Positions 8,603-17,541 of a DNA stretch of 64,000 bases are shown here, in pieces (position 1 is the first letter of the stretch; every line of letters starts with the position of its first letter). The DNA comes from an uncultured Dehalococcoidales bacterium (GTDB taxonomy: Bacteria > Chloroflexota > Dehalococcoidia > E44-bin15). The stretch is from NCBI GenBank assembly GCA_964428725.1, contig CAYRYW010000001.1, forward strand, positions 73,238-137,237, read 5' to 3'. The translations under genes were made by a program, and so were the position numbers. The notes beneath the pieces were generated by a model. That model did not search any database, had not been told where the DNA came from, and saw only the letters and a list, made by a program, of their open reading frames with translations.

Positions 8603-9448
8603 ATGCGAATGGCATTACGTATAATTACCCTCAGCGAGAACACGGCCGGCATGCCCGGGGTCATCGCCGAATGGGGGCTCAGCGTGCTGGTGGAGTGCGG
8701 CGATGTCAGGGTGTTGTTCGATACCGGCGCCACTGCCTCCGTGCCACACAATGTCCGCATGTTCGGGCTGGATCTGTCGACCATCGATAAGATCGTGCTG
8801 AGCCATGGCCATTACGATCACACGGGTGGCCTCAAGGGGGTGCTGCAGCAGGTGGGCAAGAAGGTCGACGTCATCGCCGATGATGATGTGTTCGACGACA
8901 AGTGGATCTGCGTGGGAGACTACAGGCGCTACATCGGGGTGCCCTTCACCAGGGAAGAGCTGGAGGCGGAGGGGGCCTCGTTCGTTTTCAGCCGCTCTCC
9001 TGCCTGGATAACGGATGAGATCGTGGCCACAGGGGAGGTCCCCATGGTGACCGGCTATGAGGCCATAGAGCCCAGCATGCGGCTCAAAAGGGGTGACGAT
9101 TTCGCCCCCGACCCGTTCAACGATGACCAGGGGCTGGTTGTGAAGACTGAGCTTGGACTGGTAGTGATACTGGGCTGTGCCCACAGGGGCGCCATCAACA
9201 CCATAAAACATGCGCAGAAGATAACCGGCGTGGAGCAGGTTCACACGGTGATCGGCGGGACGCACCTGCTGGGCGCCAGCGAGGAGCGCATACTGCTCAC
9301 CGCGGCTGCATTGCAGGAGATGGGCGTCAGGCGCGTCGGCGTCTCCCACTGCACCGGGCTCAACTCATCGGTGCTGCTGGCGCAGCAGCTGGGGGAAACC
9401 TTCTTCTTCAACAACACCGGCACCGTGATAACCATCCCCCAGGTTTAA
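8603..9448 (+). CDS. MBL-fold metallo-hydrolase
   Basis: LFDTG, SHGHYDHTGG, GCAH, GGTHL and HCTG motifs. Confidence 0.9.
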   Translation: MRMALRIITLSENTAGMPGVIAEWGLSVLVECGDVRVLFDTGATASVPHNVRMFGLDLSTIDKIVLSHGHYDHTGGLKGVLQQVGKKVDVIADDDVFDDKWICVGDYRRYIGVPFTREELEAEGASFVFSRSPAWITDEIVATGEVPMVTGYEAIEPSMRLKRGDDFAPDPFNDDQGLVVKTELGLVVILGCAHRGAINTIKHAQKITGVEQVHTVIGGTHLLGASEERILLTAAALQEMGVRRVGVSHCTGLNSSVLLAQQLGETFFFNNTGTVITIPQV

Positions 9449-9451
9449 CCA

Positions 9452-10219
9452 ATGGAGAGAATCATTTACGGCCCTGTGTCCTCGTGGCGGCTGGGAAGGT
9501 CGCTGGGCATAGATCTCCTGTCCAACCCCGGGTGCACCTGCTCCTTCGACTGCGTATATTGCCAGCTGGGTAAAACCGCCGATCCGCTGGTCGAGCCCAG
9601 GGCGTTCGTTACCCTGCCCGGCTTGTCGAAGGAGCTGTCAGCGGTGCGAGATATACCGGCCGACTACGCGACCTTTTCGGGCATGGGCGAGCCGACCCTC
9701 GCTTCCAATCTGGGCGAGGCCATCGAGCTGGCGAGATCGATCCTGAAGCTGCCGGTTGCGGTGCTCACCAACTCCTCGCTGATGCCGGTAGATGCAGTGC
9801 GCAAAAGGCTGGCCCTGGCCGATGTGGTGGTGGCCAAGGTTGACGCGCCGGACGATCGCAGGTTCAGGGCTATCAACCGGCCATTCGTTAAATACACCCT
9901 GGATGAGATACTTCAGGGCTTGAAGCGTTTCAGAGCCGAATACGGCGGCAGGATAGCCTTGCAGATGATGTTTGTCGCCGAAAACAGGGGCTGTGCCGCC
10001 GAGATGGCTGCCCTGGCTGCAAGGCTGTCCCCCGACGAGGTGCAGATCAATACCCCTCTGCGTCCCTGCGGCGTCAGTCCGCTGACCCCCGATGAGATCC
10101 TGTCCATAAAAGGTGAGTTCGCTGGCATCAGGCAAGTATTCTCGGTATATGAGGCATCAAAGCCTGAGATTAAGCCTTTGCATCTCAAACAGACCCTCAG
10201 ACGAAGGCCAAAGCTTTAA
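9452..10219 (+). CDS. Radical SAM protein of unknown function
   Basis: GPVSSWRLGRSLGI, CSFDCVYC, FSGMGEPTL. Confidence 0.85.
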   Translation: MERIIYGPVSSWRLGRSLGIDLLSNPGCTCSFDCVYCQLGKTADPLVEPRAFVTLPGLSKELSAVRDIPADYATFSGMGEPTLASNLGEAIELARSILKLPVAVLTNSSLMPVDAVRKRLALADVVVAKVDAPDDRRFRAINRPFVKYTLDEILQGLKRFRAEYGGRIALQMMFVAENRGCAAEMAALAARLSPDEVQINTPLRPCGVSPLTPDEILSIKGEFAGIRQVFSVYEASKPEIKPLHLKQTLRRRPKL

Positions 10220-10480
10220 GCGGGGAACGACCTCAAATAGGGTAGCGGGATTAGCATGATGCGGTGGCCAGTCCGGTAGCCTGCCTGTCGGGCATTACGC
10301 TTGTATGCTGATATGGCTGTCATAAAACTTTCAGGTAGGGTCAGCTTACGATTTGACCGTTTGCCTGACGTTCGTGCTGAGACTCCACCTGATTCAGCTA
10401 CCGTTAAGTACAAAGGTTATTACAGTTATCGCCTGAGCCATGATACAGTGGTACAATTGTCTGAGGCATTCAGGGAAATC

Positions 10481-11821
10481 ATGGCGACGGATAATAATCA
10501 AAAACCATTAGCTGCTTCAGCGGATCAGTCCGAGGGGCAGCCGCAGGCGCCGTTTCTGTTCAAGACCAGCAAGGAGGTGCAGTTCCTCAGGGAGGTGGTC
10601 GAGCGCAGCCTGCCCCCCAGCACCAGGTTCCTGACCACCATCCCGTACAAGAACCTCACCGTTTTCGTGATAGCCACCGATTCCAAGATGGTGATGGTGG
10701 ATGACGGTTTCCTGCCCCTGGGCGTGGTGATACTCAACGTGGGCAAGCCCAAGGGCCTGCTGCTCACCCGTGAGGAGTACGAGGTGCCCTACGAGTTCTC
10801 CAGCAGCGAGGTTTACAGGAGCTACGGCATATCGGACAACTACCGCATGTCGGAACTGAACGGGTTGAGACTGCTGGGCGTGGGGCAGCCGTACAGGGGG
10901 CCCATGCTGACCGGGCATGGCGATGCCAAAAGCGCCGTCCACTCCATCGAGGGGGTGCCCGTCTCGGAACTGGTCAACTACCTCGTGGGCGTGACTACCA
11001 AGAGGTACGGCCTGGTCCTGCGCAAGATCCTCGCCACGAGCTGCAATTCTCGCATCGGAAAGCTGGGGGAGGTGAGGATACCGGTGGTCTATGCGCTGGA
11101 GGATGTGAGGCCCTTCTCCTTCCTCGATACGCGGACCAGTCCCAGGGGTATGGGTTCGGTGGATCTTTTCGTGACCTGGGGGGACAGGTGGATGGTCAAG
11201 CGTCCGGGCAGGGAGCCGGTAGTATATCGCCCCAAACCGGAGGATGTTGCCGCCCACCCGCCGCTGACCCCCGATGAGATACAATTCCTGCTGCAGAAGG
11301 ATGCCGAGGAGAGGGAGAGGGCGCAGGATGAGGCCCTGCGGTCTGCAGAGGAGGCCCAACCGGTGAACAGGTCACGGCAGGTTGCGGATTACCTGTCGAT
11401 GGTGAGATCCAGCCTCGTCTCCATGAAGCACATGGTCGTGCGCCGCCCGCACGAGGCCGTTCCCTCTGCCTATAAGTCGTATGAGGTGCCGGGCTCTATC
11501 GATGACAGGGAGGGCGTTGAGGGCACCATCTACGGGATCGATAGCGATGTTGAGGGGGTGATAGCCTCTTTCTTCGAGGGGGACCTGAGCGAGGAGGAGT
11601 ATACCTCCTACATGGAGGAGAAGGCGAGCGAGCTGAGGCAGAAGTGGGGCCCCTTCATCGAGGCCGCCAAGGGCGATGCCAGGGCGCGGCATGATGCCAT
11701 AAAGATACTGGATTCACTCCTGTCGAACATGCCGGAGACGCATACTATCAGGCCGTTCCGCAGCCTGCTGGAAGGCTGGTGGATGGAGCTGAAGGCCGCC
11801 GCTGCCCACAAGGGGAAGTGA
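10481..11821 (+). CDS. Hypothetical protein (about 446 aa)
   Basis: Long ORF with coding-like GC-rich third positions from ATG 10481. The upstream part of ORF 10301 looks non-coding. No motif recognised. Confidence 0.7.
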   Translation: MATDNNQKPLAASADQSEGQPQAPFLFKTSKEVQFLREVVERSLPPSTRFLTTIPYKNLTVFVIATDSKMVMVDDGFLPLGVVILNVGKPKGLLLTREEYEVPYEFSSSEVYRSYGISDNYRMSELNGLRLLGVGQPYRGPMLTGHGDAKSAVHSIEGVPVSELVNYLVGVTTKRYGLVLRKILATSCNSRIGKLGEVRIPVVYALEDVRPFSFLDTRTSPRGMGSVDLFVTWGDRWMVKRPGREPVVYRPKPEDVAAHPPLTPDEIQFLLQKDAEERERAQDEALRSAEEAQPVNRSRQVADYLSMVRSSLVSMKHMVVRRPHEAVPSAYKSYEVPGSIDDREGVEGTIYGIDSDVEGVIASFFEGDLSEEEYTSYMEEKASELRQKWGPFIEAAKGDARARHDAIKILDSLLSNMPETHTIRPFRSLLEGWWMELKAAAAHKGK

Positions 11822-11982
11822 AGGTTTGTGGGGGGATGCGGTCAGGCGATGGGACGGAGTGTTGAGTGTTGCACAAAAGACTAGATTGTTCAATCAGCTG
11901 CTATTACACAATCTGACGAATTGTCGATATAGTTATATATAGGGGTTTTATGGTATCATAACCGCCATTAGGAGGTGTAGAT

Positions 11983-13335
11983 ATGGGTAGGTTGTTCTGG
12001 GAGATAGTTGATAGAACTATGACTGGACCTTTGATGAAGGAAGATGAGTTCGAGAACGAGTTCTTCCCCACGAAGATAGCCGAGATCGTGGCCCGGCATA
12101 AGTTCGAGTTCGACCCGGCCGAGCCCATAATGTACGACCCGGACATGGCGGATGAAATCTTTCAGGCAGGCTTGGAGCTGCTGCTGGAGGTCGGACTGTA
12201 CTGCAAGGACACAAAACGCATAGTAAAGTTCACCGAACAGGAGATCAGAGATGTTATCGCTACCAGGAAGAGCGAGGTCACATTCGGACAAGACAGGGAT
12301 GCGGTCGCACTGAAACCCAGGGCCCCGGAGGATAAGCAACATCCATACACCTTCTTTCCCGCCGGGATCCTGACAAGAGACGTTAACAAGTATAAACTAT
12401 ATGCATTGACCACCGCGCAGGAACCGACGTGTGATGGATTAATCCCTTTGCCTCTGGCTGGAATAGGAGAGATTAGGCCGGCATCCGGGACACCGACTGA
12501 AACGCTTATAGCCCTGACTGAAGCCCAGATAATAAATGAAGTAGCAACCTGGGTTGGCAGGCCAGGCTTGTTCCGCGGGATTCCCATGAGTGCCACAACC
12601 CCGGTCGCTTTAATAAGTGTCTTCACCTCCGGCCTGTACAACAAACACAATTGCTGCATGTCCACACAGATACTGCAGGACCTGAGAATCAACTATGACA
12701 GACTTAATCTAGCCCACTTCGCCCAGCAAAACGGCATAGTACCCTGGCAGAGCAGCTGTGCCGTAATGCATGCCTATCTCACCGGTCCGGAGCAGGCGGC
12801 AGTCGAACTAATCGCGCATACACTGGGAATGATGGCGTTTGCGGACGGCTCATTTACACAGGCTATGTCTATGACGATTGATGGTTGCTATATGGGCCCT
12901 GAGATATGGTGGTGCAATTCGGCAGCCGCCTTGGCCGCAGAGAGAAACCTGAAAGTACCCTGGATCAGCTTCGGAGGTCAGGGACAGCAGGTGGGGCCTC
13001 TAACCGATGAGTCCTGGTATGCGATAGCTGCCGCATGCATAACCGCCTGCATATCAGGCATGGAAGGGATGTGGCTGTGTGGTGGGCCCACCGGCTTGGA
13101 AGCCAGATGGGGTGGGGAAATAACGAGGGCTGCCGCAGGCATCAAGGTCAGCGATGGCATCGCCATGATCAAGGAAATCGCCAAAAAGTGCAAGGAGCCC
13201 AAACACGAGCCGGTTTCCCTGAAAGAGCTCTACGACCTGAAGACCCTGAGGCCTAGCGATAAATTCCTCGGCCACTACAAGAAATTCACCAGGATATTCA
13301 AGGGCATGGGCCTTGACTATCCCACTTGGGACTAG
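11983..13335 (+). CDS. Monomethylamine:corrinoid methyltransferase (MtmB) family protein, without pyrrolysine
   Basis: GLYCKDTKRIVKFTEQEI, GRPG and GLEARWGGEITRAAAG resemble MtmB; strong RBS GGAGGTG; no internal TAG. Confidence 0.8.
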   Translation: MGRLFWEIVDRTMTGPLMKEDEFENEFFPTKIAEIVARHKFEFDPAEPIMYDPDMADEIFQAGLELLLEVGLYCKDTKRIVKFTEQEIRDVIATRKSEVTFGQDRDAVALKPRAPEDKQHPYTFFPAGILTRDVNKYKLYALTTAQEPTCDGLIPLPLAGIGEIRPASGTPTETLIALTEAQIINEVATWVGRPGLFRGIPMSATTPVALISVFTSGLYNKHNCCMSTQILQDLRINYDRLNLAHFAQQNGIVPWQSSCAVMHAYLTGPEQAAVELIAHTLGMMAFADGSFTQAMSMTIDGCYMGPEIWWCNSAAALAAERNLKVPWISFGGQGQQVGPLTDESWYAIAAACITACISGMEGMWLCGGPTGLEARWGGEITRAAAGIKVSDGIAMIKEIAKKCKEPKHEPVSLKELYDLKTLRPSDKFLGHYKKFTRIFKGMGLDYPTWD

Positions 13336-13404
13336 CAAGGGGCTGCTGAAGAGGGACATAGAGGTCTTTCTGAACAATCTCAACAAATTAAGAGAGGTGA
13401 GACA

Positions 13405-14049
13405 ATGACGGATATAGCTGACCTGAGGAAAGTGGTAGGCGAGCTGAGGCAGAAAGAAGCTGAGCAGATCACTAAGGAACTCCTGGCCCAGGGTCTCGAT
13501 CCACTCAAGGTGTTAGAGGATGGCATTGTTAAAGGTCTCAGCGATGTGGGAGCAAGATTTGAAGCCAAGAAGGCCATCATCCCCGATCTGGTGAAAGGAG
13601 GTATAGTAGCCAAGGCCTGTATCCCCCACGTGGAGGCGGCCTTGCCTAAGGGAGGAGAGCATGGAGCCACGAAAGGGAAGAAGATACTGATAGGGACGAT
13701 GTTAAGCCAGCACAATATTGGTAAGAATCTGGTCAGTACTTTCCTTTCGATCAATGGTTTCGAGGTCGTCGATATAGGTTCAGAGAACCAGCCGTGGGAC
13801 TTCTATGAAAAGGCCGAGGCGGCGGGCGCAGATATGATCGCAGTCTCGGTAATGTTCATTCCCGCCCTGGAGAAATTCGCTGAGCTGACAGACATGCTGA
13901 AACAGATGGGAGTGCGTGGAAAGTACAAGCTTATAGTAGGCGGAGCTATAACCACAAAGAAGTGGGCAGACAGTGTGGGTGCGGATGGATGGGGAGCCCA
14001 AGCAAAGGATGGGGTGGACCTGGCTAAGGAGTTGCTGGGTGTAGCCTAG
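13405..14049 (+). CDS. Corrinoid (cobalamin-binding) protein, MtmC/MttC-like
   Basis: N-terminal helical cap; SQHNIGKNLV (DxHxxG-like), NGFEVVDIG and IVGGA. Confidence 0.85.
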   Translation: MTDIADLRKVVGELRQKEAEQITKELLAQGLDPLKVLEDGIVKGLSDVGARFEAKKAIIPDLVKGGIVAKACIPHVEAALPKGGEHGATKGKKILIGTMLSQHNIGKNLVSTFLSINGFEVVDIGSENQPWDFYEKAEAAGADMIAVSVMFIPALEKFAELTDMLKQMGVRGKYKLIVGGAITTKKWADSVGADGWGAQAKDGVDLAKELLGVA

Positions 14050-14059
14050 ATCGGCATTA

Positions 14060-14962
14060 CTACCCCTGCTCGTAGGGCACACCTTGCGTCAAGGCCAGGG
14101 TTAACTTGGCAGCTTCCTGCCCCAAATATCTTATATGCTGGGCTGTCAGCCAGGGCATGGTATCAACAATATACCGGACCAGATCCTCTGGATCAGCAGA
14201 TTCCCCTTCCCACAACACCGTATTGGCTTCAGAATCGACGAACAGGGCTCTAGTCCGACCATTCTCTACGCCAAAGAAGAACAGGCCCGAGGGGTCAGGC
14301 TGGAGTGGCAGAGGCCGCTTGAACCACTTATCCAGCTTGGCTCTGGCCTTTCCCCAATCCCTTTCATAGATATGGGCTGAGTGGGAAATAAAGGTAGCAG
14401 AATCTACCGCTACGCCCACTTGCTTGGATACCTCCCGCTGCAGTCGCGTCAGGGAAAGGGCATCAAATGGCCACATATTATAAGTGTCATCGCTACGCAG
14501 GACATAGGTCCCATAAAGCCGCTCATCAACGATGTTGAACGTGATTAAGACGACGCAGGGAGCTTTCGCCATCTTGTCGAGGTCAGTGGGTCCAAGCAGA
14601 ACCATAGTACCCCTTTTAGTGTCATGTGACCCTTGCAGCCTTTCGATAGTTCTGTCCAGCTGTCTCACCCCTTGGACAGAGGAAATGGGGAAAGAGCGCT
14701 TGTAATACACCTCAAGTTTCTCGGTACCGATGTCGAAGCAGGCAGGGAGTTCTTCCTCAGCGGCTAGCTTTATGGTGACTATAGCATTTAGGACCTCTGT
14801 CAGCCGCTCGCCTTTTCTGGTGCTCTTCACCGTGCCACAATGCATAATCAGATTCAGAAGCTGCAACCAGCCATCACCCATATCTTCGGCAAACAGAGTA
14901 AAGGTAGTCTTACGCGAGGGGAAAGTGGTGTATTCATGTCTTTCTTCAGCATTCATAGTCAT
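14060..14962 (-). CDS. Thymidylate-synthase-fold protein with C-terminal DUF4346-like domain
   Basis: APC, RSDD..WPFD and SAHIYERD motifs; C-terminal DPSGLF...HIRYLGQE...YEQG. Confidence 0.75.
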   Translation of the reverse strand: MTMNAEERHEYTTFPSRKTTFTLFAEDMGDGWLQLLNLIMHCGTVKSTRKGERLTEVLNAIVTIKLAAEEELPACFDIGTEKLEVYYKRSFPISSVQGVRQLDRTIERLQGSHDTKRGTMVLLGPTDLDKMAKAPCVVLITFNIVDERLYGTYVLRSDDTYNMWPFDALSLTRLQREVSKQVGVAVDSATFISHSAHIYERDWGKARAKLDKWFKRPLPLQPDPSGLFFFGVENGRTRALFVDSEANTVLWEGESADPEDLVRYIVDTMPWLTAQHIRYLGQEAAKLTLALTQGVPYEQG

Positions 14963-15456
14963 TCACCTATTCAGATCCATTTTGCCGATTTTGGTTCCAT
15001 GTGAGACGCCTCTGGGAATCGAAAGTCGTAACCATGCTTAATACTCTCGATTTACCATTTTCACAGAGGTTTGTCAATTCAGGACTTCGGCTATATCGAA
15101 GGGGCGACTGATCAACTATAACGCGACTTGCTTTATAAAATTTCCAGGCCAACTATTCTATTATAATGGGGGTTAAACAATTCGCCATATTGGTGTCATC
15201 AAGTTATATGGCAGCCCCTGTAAAGAAGTTGTCGAGGTTTTTTTATTTTACTAAAAATGGGAGGGCTTTGTTATTCAAACATCGGCCTGCCACTAATAAT
15301 TGCACCACTCTATAAGTCAGTGTCATTGGTACGATGATCCTAGCATTCTGATAGGATTTAAAATTCCTCCGTTTTCTTCAACCAAGTAACAGATGCCTAT
15401 TTTTGTTGAACGAAAACTTATCTGTGGACCCAAACTGCACAATATAGCGTTCTGTG

Positions 15457-16119
15457 TCACCCGCTCGTCTCGCCGCCCGCTTCCCTTATCTGCCTCAGCA
15501 CCTCGTTGATCCTGCCGAAGGTCTCGCTCCTGCCCTCGCGGAACCTCCTCCGCGCCTGCCTCTCCCGTGCCCACTCGTCGAACGAGGCCAGCCTGAGGTA
15601 TGGCACCTGTCCGTCGGCATCAACCATCGCTTTGCGCTCCAGCGGTATGCCCATCGCCAGCAGGCCGCGCTCCAGCGGCGTGTCGCGGCTGGGGTCGCAG
15701 GCGACCCACTGGCCCAGCCATGCCTCGCAGTCCACGTGGTCCTGTGCCATCGGTGAGTCGCCGAGGGTGCTGCCCATGTCCTGCAGCGCGGCGATCTTCT
15801 CCCACAATCTGTGCTCGGCCTCGATGGCGTATATCCGGTAGCGCGACGGTATGCCGCAGCAGCGCAGCATGGCTACCAGCAGGTTGGCCTTGCCGGAGCA
15901 CATGCCCCAGCCCTTCTCCAGCGTGAGCGAGGCGGGCACGTCCCAGTCGTCGAGGCCGTAGGGGAGCTCCTTGACGAAGGAGGAGATGCGCCTGAACTTC
16001 TCTTCATTCGACTTGCATACCGAGGATAGTTCGCGGGACTTCTCCCGGATGGCGGGGCAGCGGTCGAAGTCGCACAGCGCGCTAGGCTGGAGATATGGGC
16101 CTTTGTCTTCCTTCGCCAT
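15457..16119 (-). CDS. Transglutaminase-like domain protein
   Basis: GMCSGKANLLVAMLRCCGIPSR, with H (QDHV) and D (CDPS) completing the catalytic triad. Confidence 0.85.
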   Translation of the reverse strand: MAKEDKGPYLQPSALCDFDRCPAIREKSRELSSVCKSNEEKFRRISSFVKELPYGLDDWDVPASLTLEKGWGMCSGKANLLVAMLRCCGIPSRYRIYAIEAEHRLWEKIAALQDMGSTLGDSPMAQDHVDCEAWLGQWVACDPSRDTPLERGLLAMGIPLERKAMVDADGQVPYLRLASFDEWARERQARRRFREGRSETFGRINEVLRQIREAGGETSG

Positions 16120-16414
16120 TTCGCTGACCTATTGTGGCAAGGGCCGTGGCGGATGTCAAACTTGCGCACCTGGACCTTCGACCGTCGACGCCGCCTGGGG
16201 GATGGGAACGGTTACAGGCCGATCCCATCTGCCGTTCAGGATATCGGCAGGCTGGCTCCGAACCTGTCTGCGGGCGGCGGCCCGCGTACGAAAAGCCGCA
16301 GGGGATACCGCAGGCAGGCGGCTAAAAGGTGTTATTAATTGCCTACCGACAGGGCGGCGGGAAAGTTGCCGCAGCGCGGGGTGAACAGCCATTAAATCGG
16401 TCGAAAGAGGGGTA

Positions 16415-16443
16415 TTGACAAGGGCGAAAGACGGTGCTATAGT
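16415..16443 (+). promoter_or_regulatory. Sigma70-type promoter of the glutamate synthase/his cluster
   Basis: TTGACA (16415-16420), 17 bp spacer, TGn-TATAGT (16438-16443), about 30 bp before ATG 16473. Confidence 0.75.
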
Positions 16444-16472
16444 ATTGGAGCAATAGGAAACCGATTGCCGTT

Positions 16473-16925
16473 ATGAACAAATGTATAGTGATCAAGGAGG
16501 AATGCTGTATCGGGTGCGGGCTGTGCACGGTCTACTGCCGGGCGGAGCACTCCGTCTCCAAGGACGTCATCAAGGCGTTCAAGAGGGAGGTCCCCCGTCC
16601 CGTGTCGCGCGCCCGGATAGAGAAGGATGGACAGACGTGCTTCTCCATACAGTGCCGCCACTGCGACGAGCCGTGGTGCGTCTACTCCTGCATCACCGGC
16701 GCCATGCACCGGGAATCGCCCGGCGGGCCCGTTACAGTCGACGCGGACAGGTGCGTGGGTTGCTGGACCTGCATCCTGGCCTGTCCCTTCGGGGCCATAG
16801 CGAAGGATGACGCCAGCAAGGTCGCTGCCAAGTGCGACCTGTGCCCGGACCGGGAGGTGCCGGCCTGTGTGGCCAACTGTCCCAACGAGGCGCTGGTTCT
16901 CAGCGAAGCGGGGGCGCCACGATGA
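16473..16925 (+). CDS. 4Fe-4S dicluster electron-transfer protein
   Basis: CIGCGLC, CRHCDEPWCVYSC, CVGCWTCILACP, CDLC...CVANCP. Confidence 0.9.
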   Translation: MNKCIVIKEECCIGCGLCTVYCRAEHSVSKDVIKAFKREVPRPVSRARIEKDGQTCFSIQCRHCDEPWCVYSCITGAMHRESPGGPVTVDADRCVGCWTCILACPFGAIAKDDASKVAAKCDLCPDREVPACVANCPNEALVLSEAGAPR

Positions 16926-17536
16926 TAGCGATAGTCGATTACGGGGCGGGCAACCTGCGCAGCGTGTGCAACGCCCTGAAGGCGCTGGACTGCGGTCACA
17001 CCGTGACCGGCAACCCGGATGACCTGAAGGGGGCTGCGGCCGTCATCTTCCCCGGCGTCGGCGCCGCGGCGGAGGCGATGGGCGAGCTGAAACGACTTGG
17101 GCTCGACCGGGCCATCAGCGATTGTGTTCGGCGGGGGACGCCCCTTTTCGCCATCTGCATAGGCATGCAGCTCCTGTTCACCTCCACCGAGGAGGACGGC
17201 GGGGGCGAGTGCCTGGGCATACTGCCGGGGCGCGTCAGGCGGCTGCCCGCCGGGCTCAAGGTGCCGCACATGGGATGGAACCAGGTGAAGCAGATGGCGA
17301 AGCACCCCGTATTCGACGGCATCCCCGACGATGAGAACTTCTATTTCGTGCACAGCTACTACGCAGCGCCGGAGGACCCGTCGGTGGTCGCAGGGGTGAC
17401 GGAGTACGGGGTACCACTGTGCAGCATGGTGATACAGGGCAGCATCATCGCCACCCAGTTCCATCCGGAGAAGAGCGGCGAGGTGGGGCTTCGGATGTAC
17501 CAGAATTTTGTAAACATGGTCGGTAGAGAGAGATAA
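16922..17536 (+). CDS. hisH: Imidazole glycerol phosphate synthase glutaminase subunit
   Basis: MIAIVDYGAGN, PGVG, ICIGMQ, PHMGWN, YFVHSY, QFHPEKS; ATGA overlap with the upstream gene. Confidence 0.95.
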   Translation: MIAIVDYGAGNLRSVCNALKALDCGHTVTGNPDDLKGAAAVIFPGVGAAAEAMGELKRLGLDRAISDCVRRGTPLFAICIGMQLLFTSTEEDGGGECLGILPGRVRRLPAGLKVPHMGWNQVKQMAKHPVFDGIPDDENFYFVHSYYAAPEDPSVVAGVTEYGVPLCSMVIQGSIIATQFHPEKSGEVGLRMYQNFVNMVGRER

Positions 17537-17541
17537 GGACA

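Noticed and set aside
10370-10410. CTGAGA...ACCTGAT resembling a TPP riboswitch
   Set aside because: The motifs are too close together; the P1-P5 stems, the GGGG/CCC arms and the GCGTAGGGA tail are missing.
13333-13335. TAG ending the mtmB-like gene as a pyrrolysine read-through codon
   Set aside because: It falls at the normal C-terminus of the family (about 450 aa), not at the catalytic position, and no pyl genes are in the window.
16246-16259. Minus-strand GGAGCCAGCCTGCC resembling a cobalamin-riboswitch B12 box
   Set aside because: It lacks the internal GAGA/AGA and the upstream AGGGAA-GGTG-AAATCC and ACTG core.
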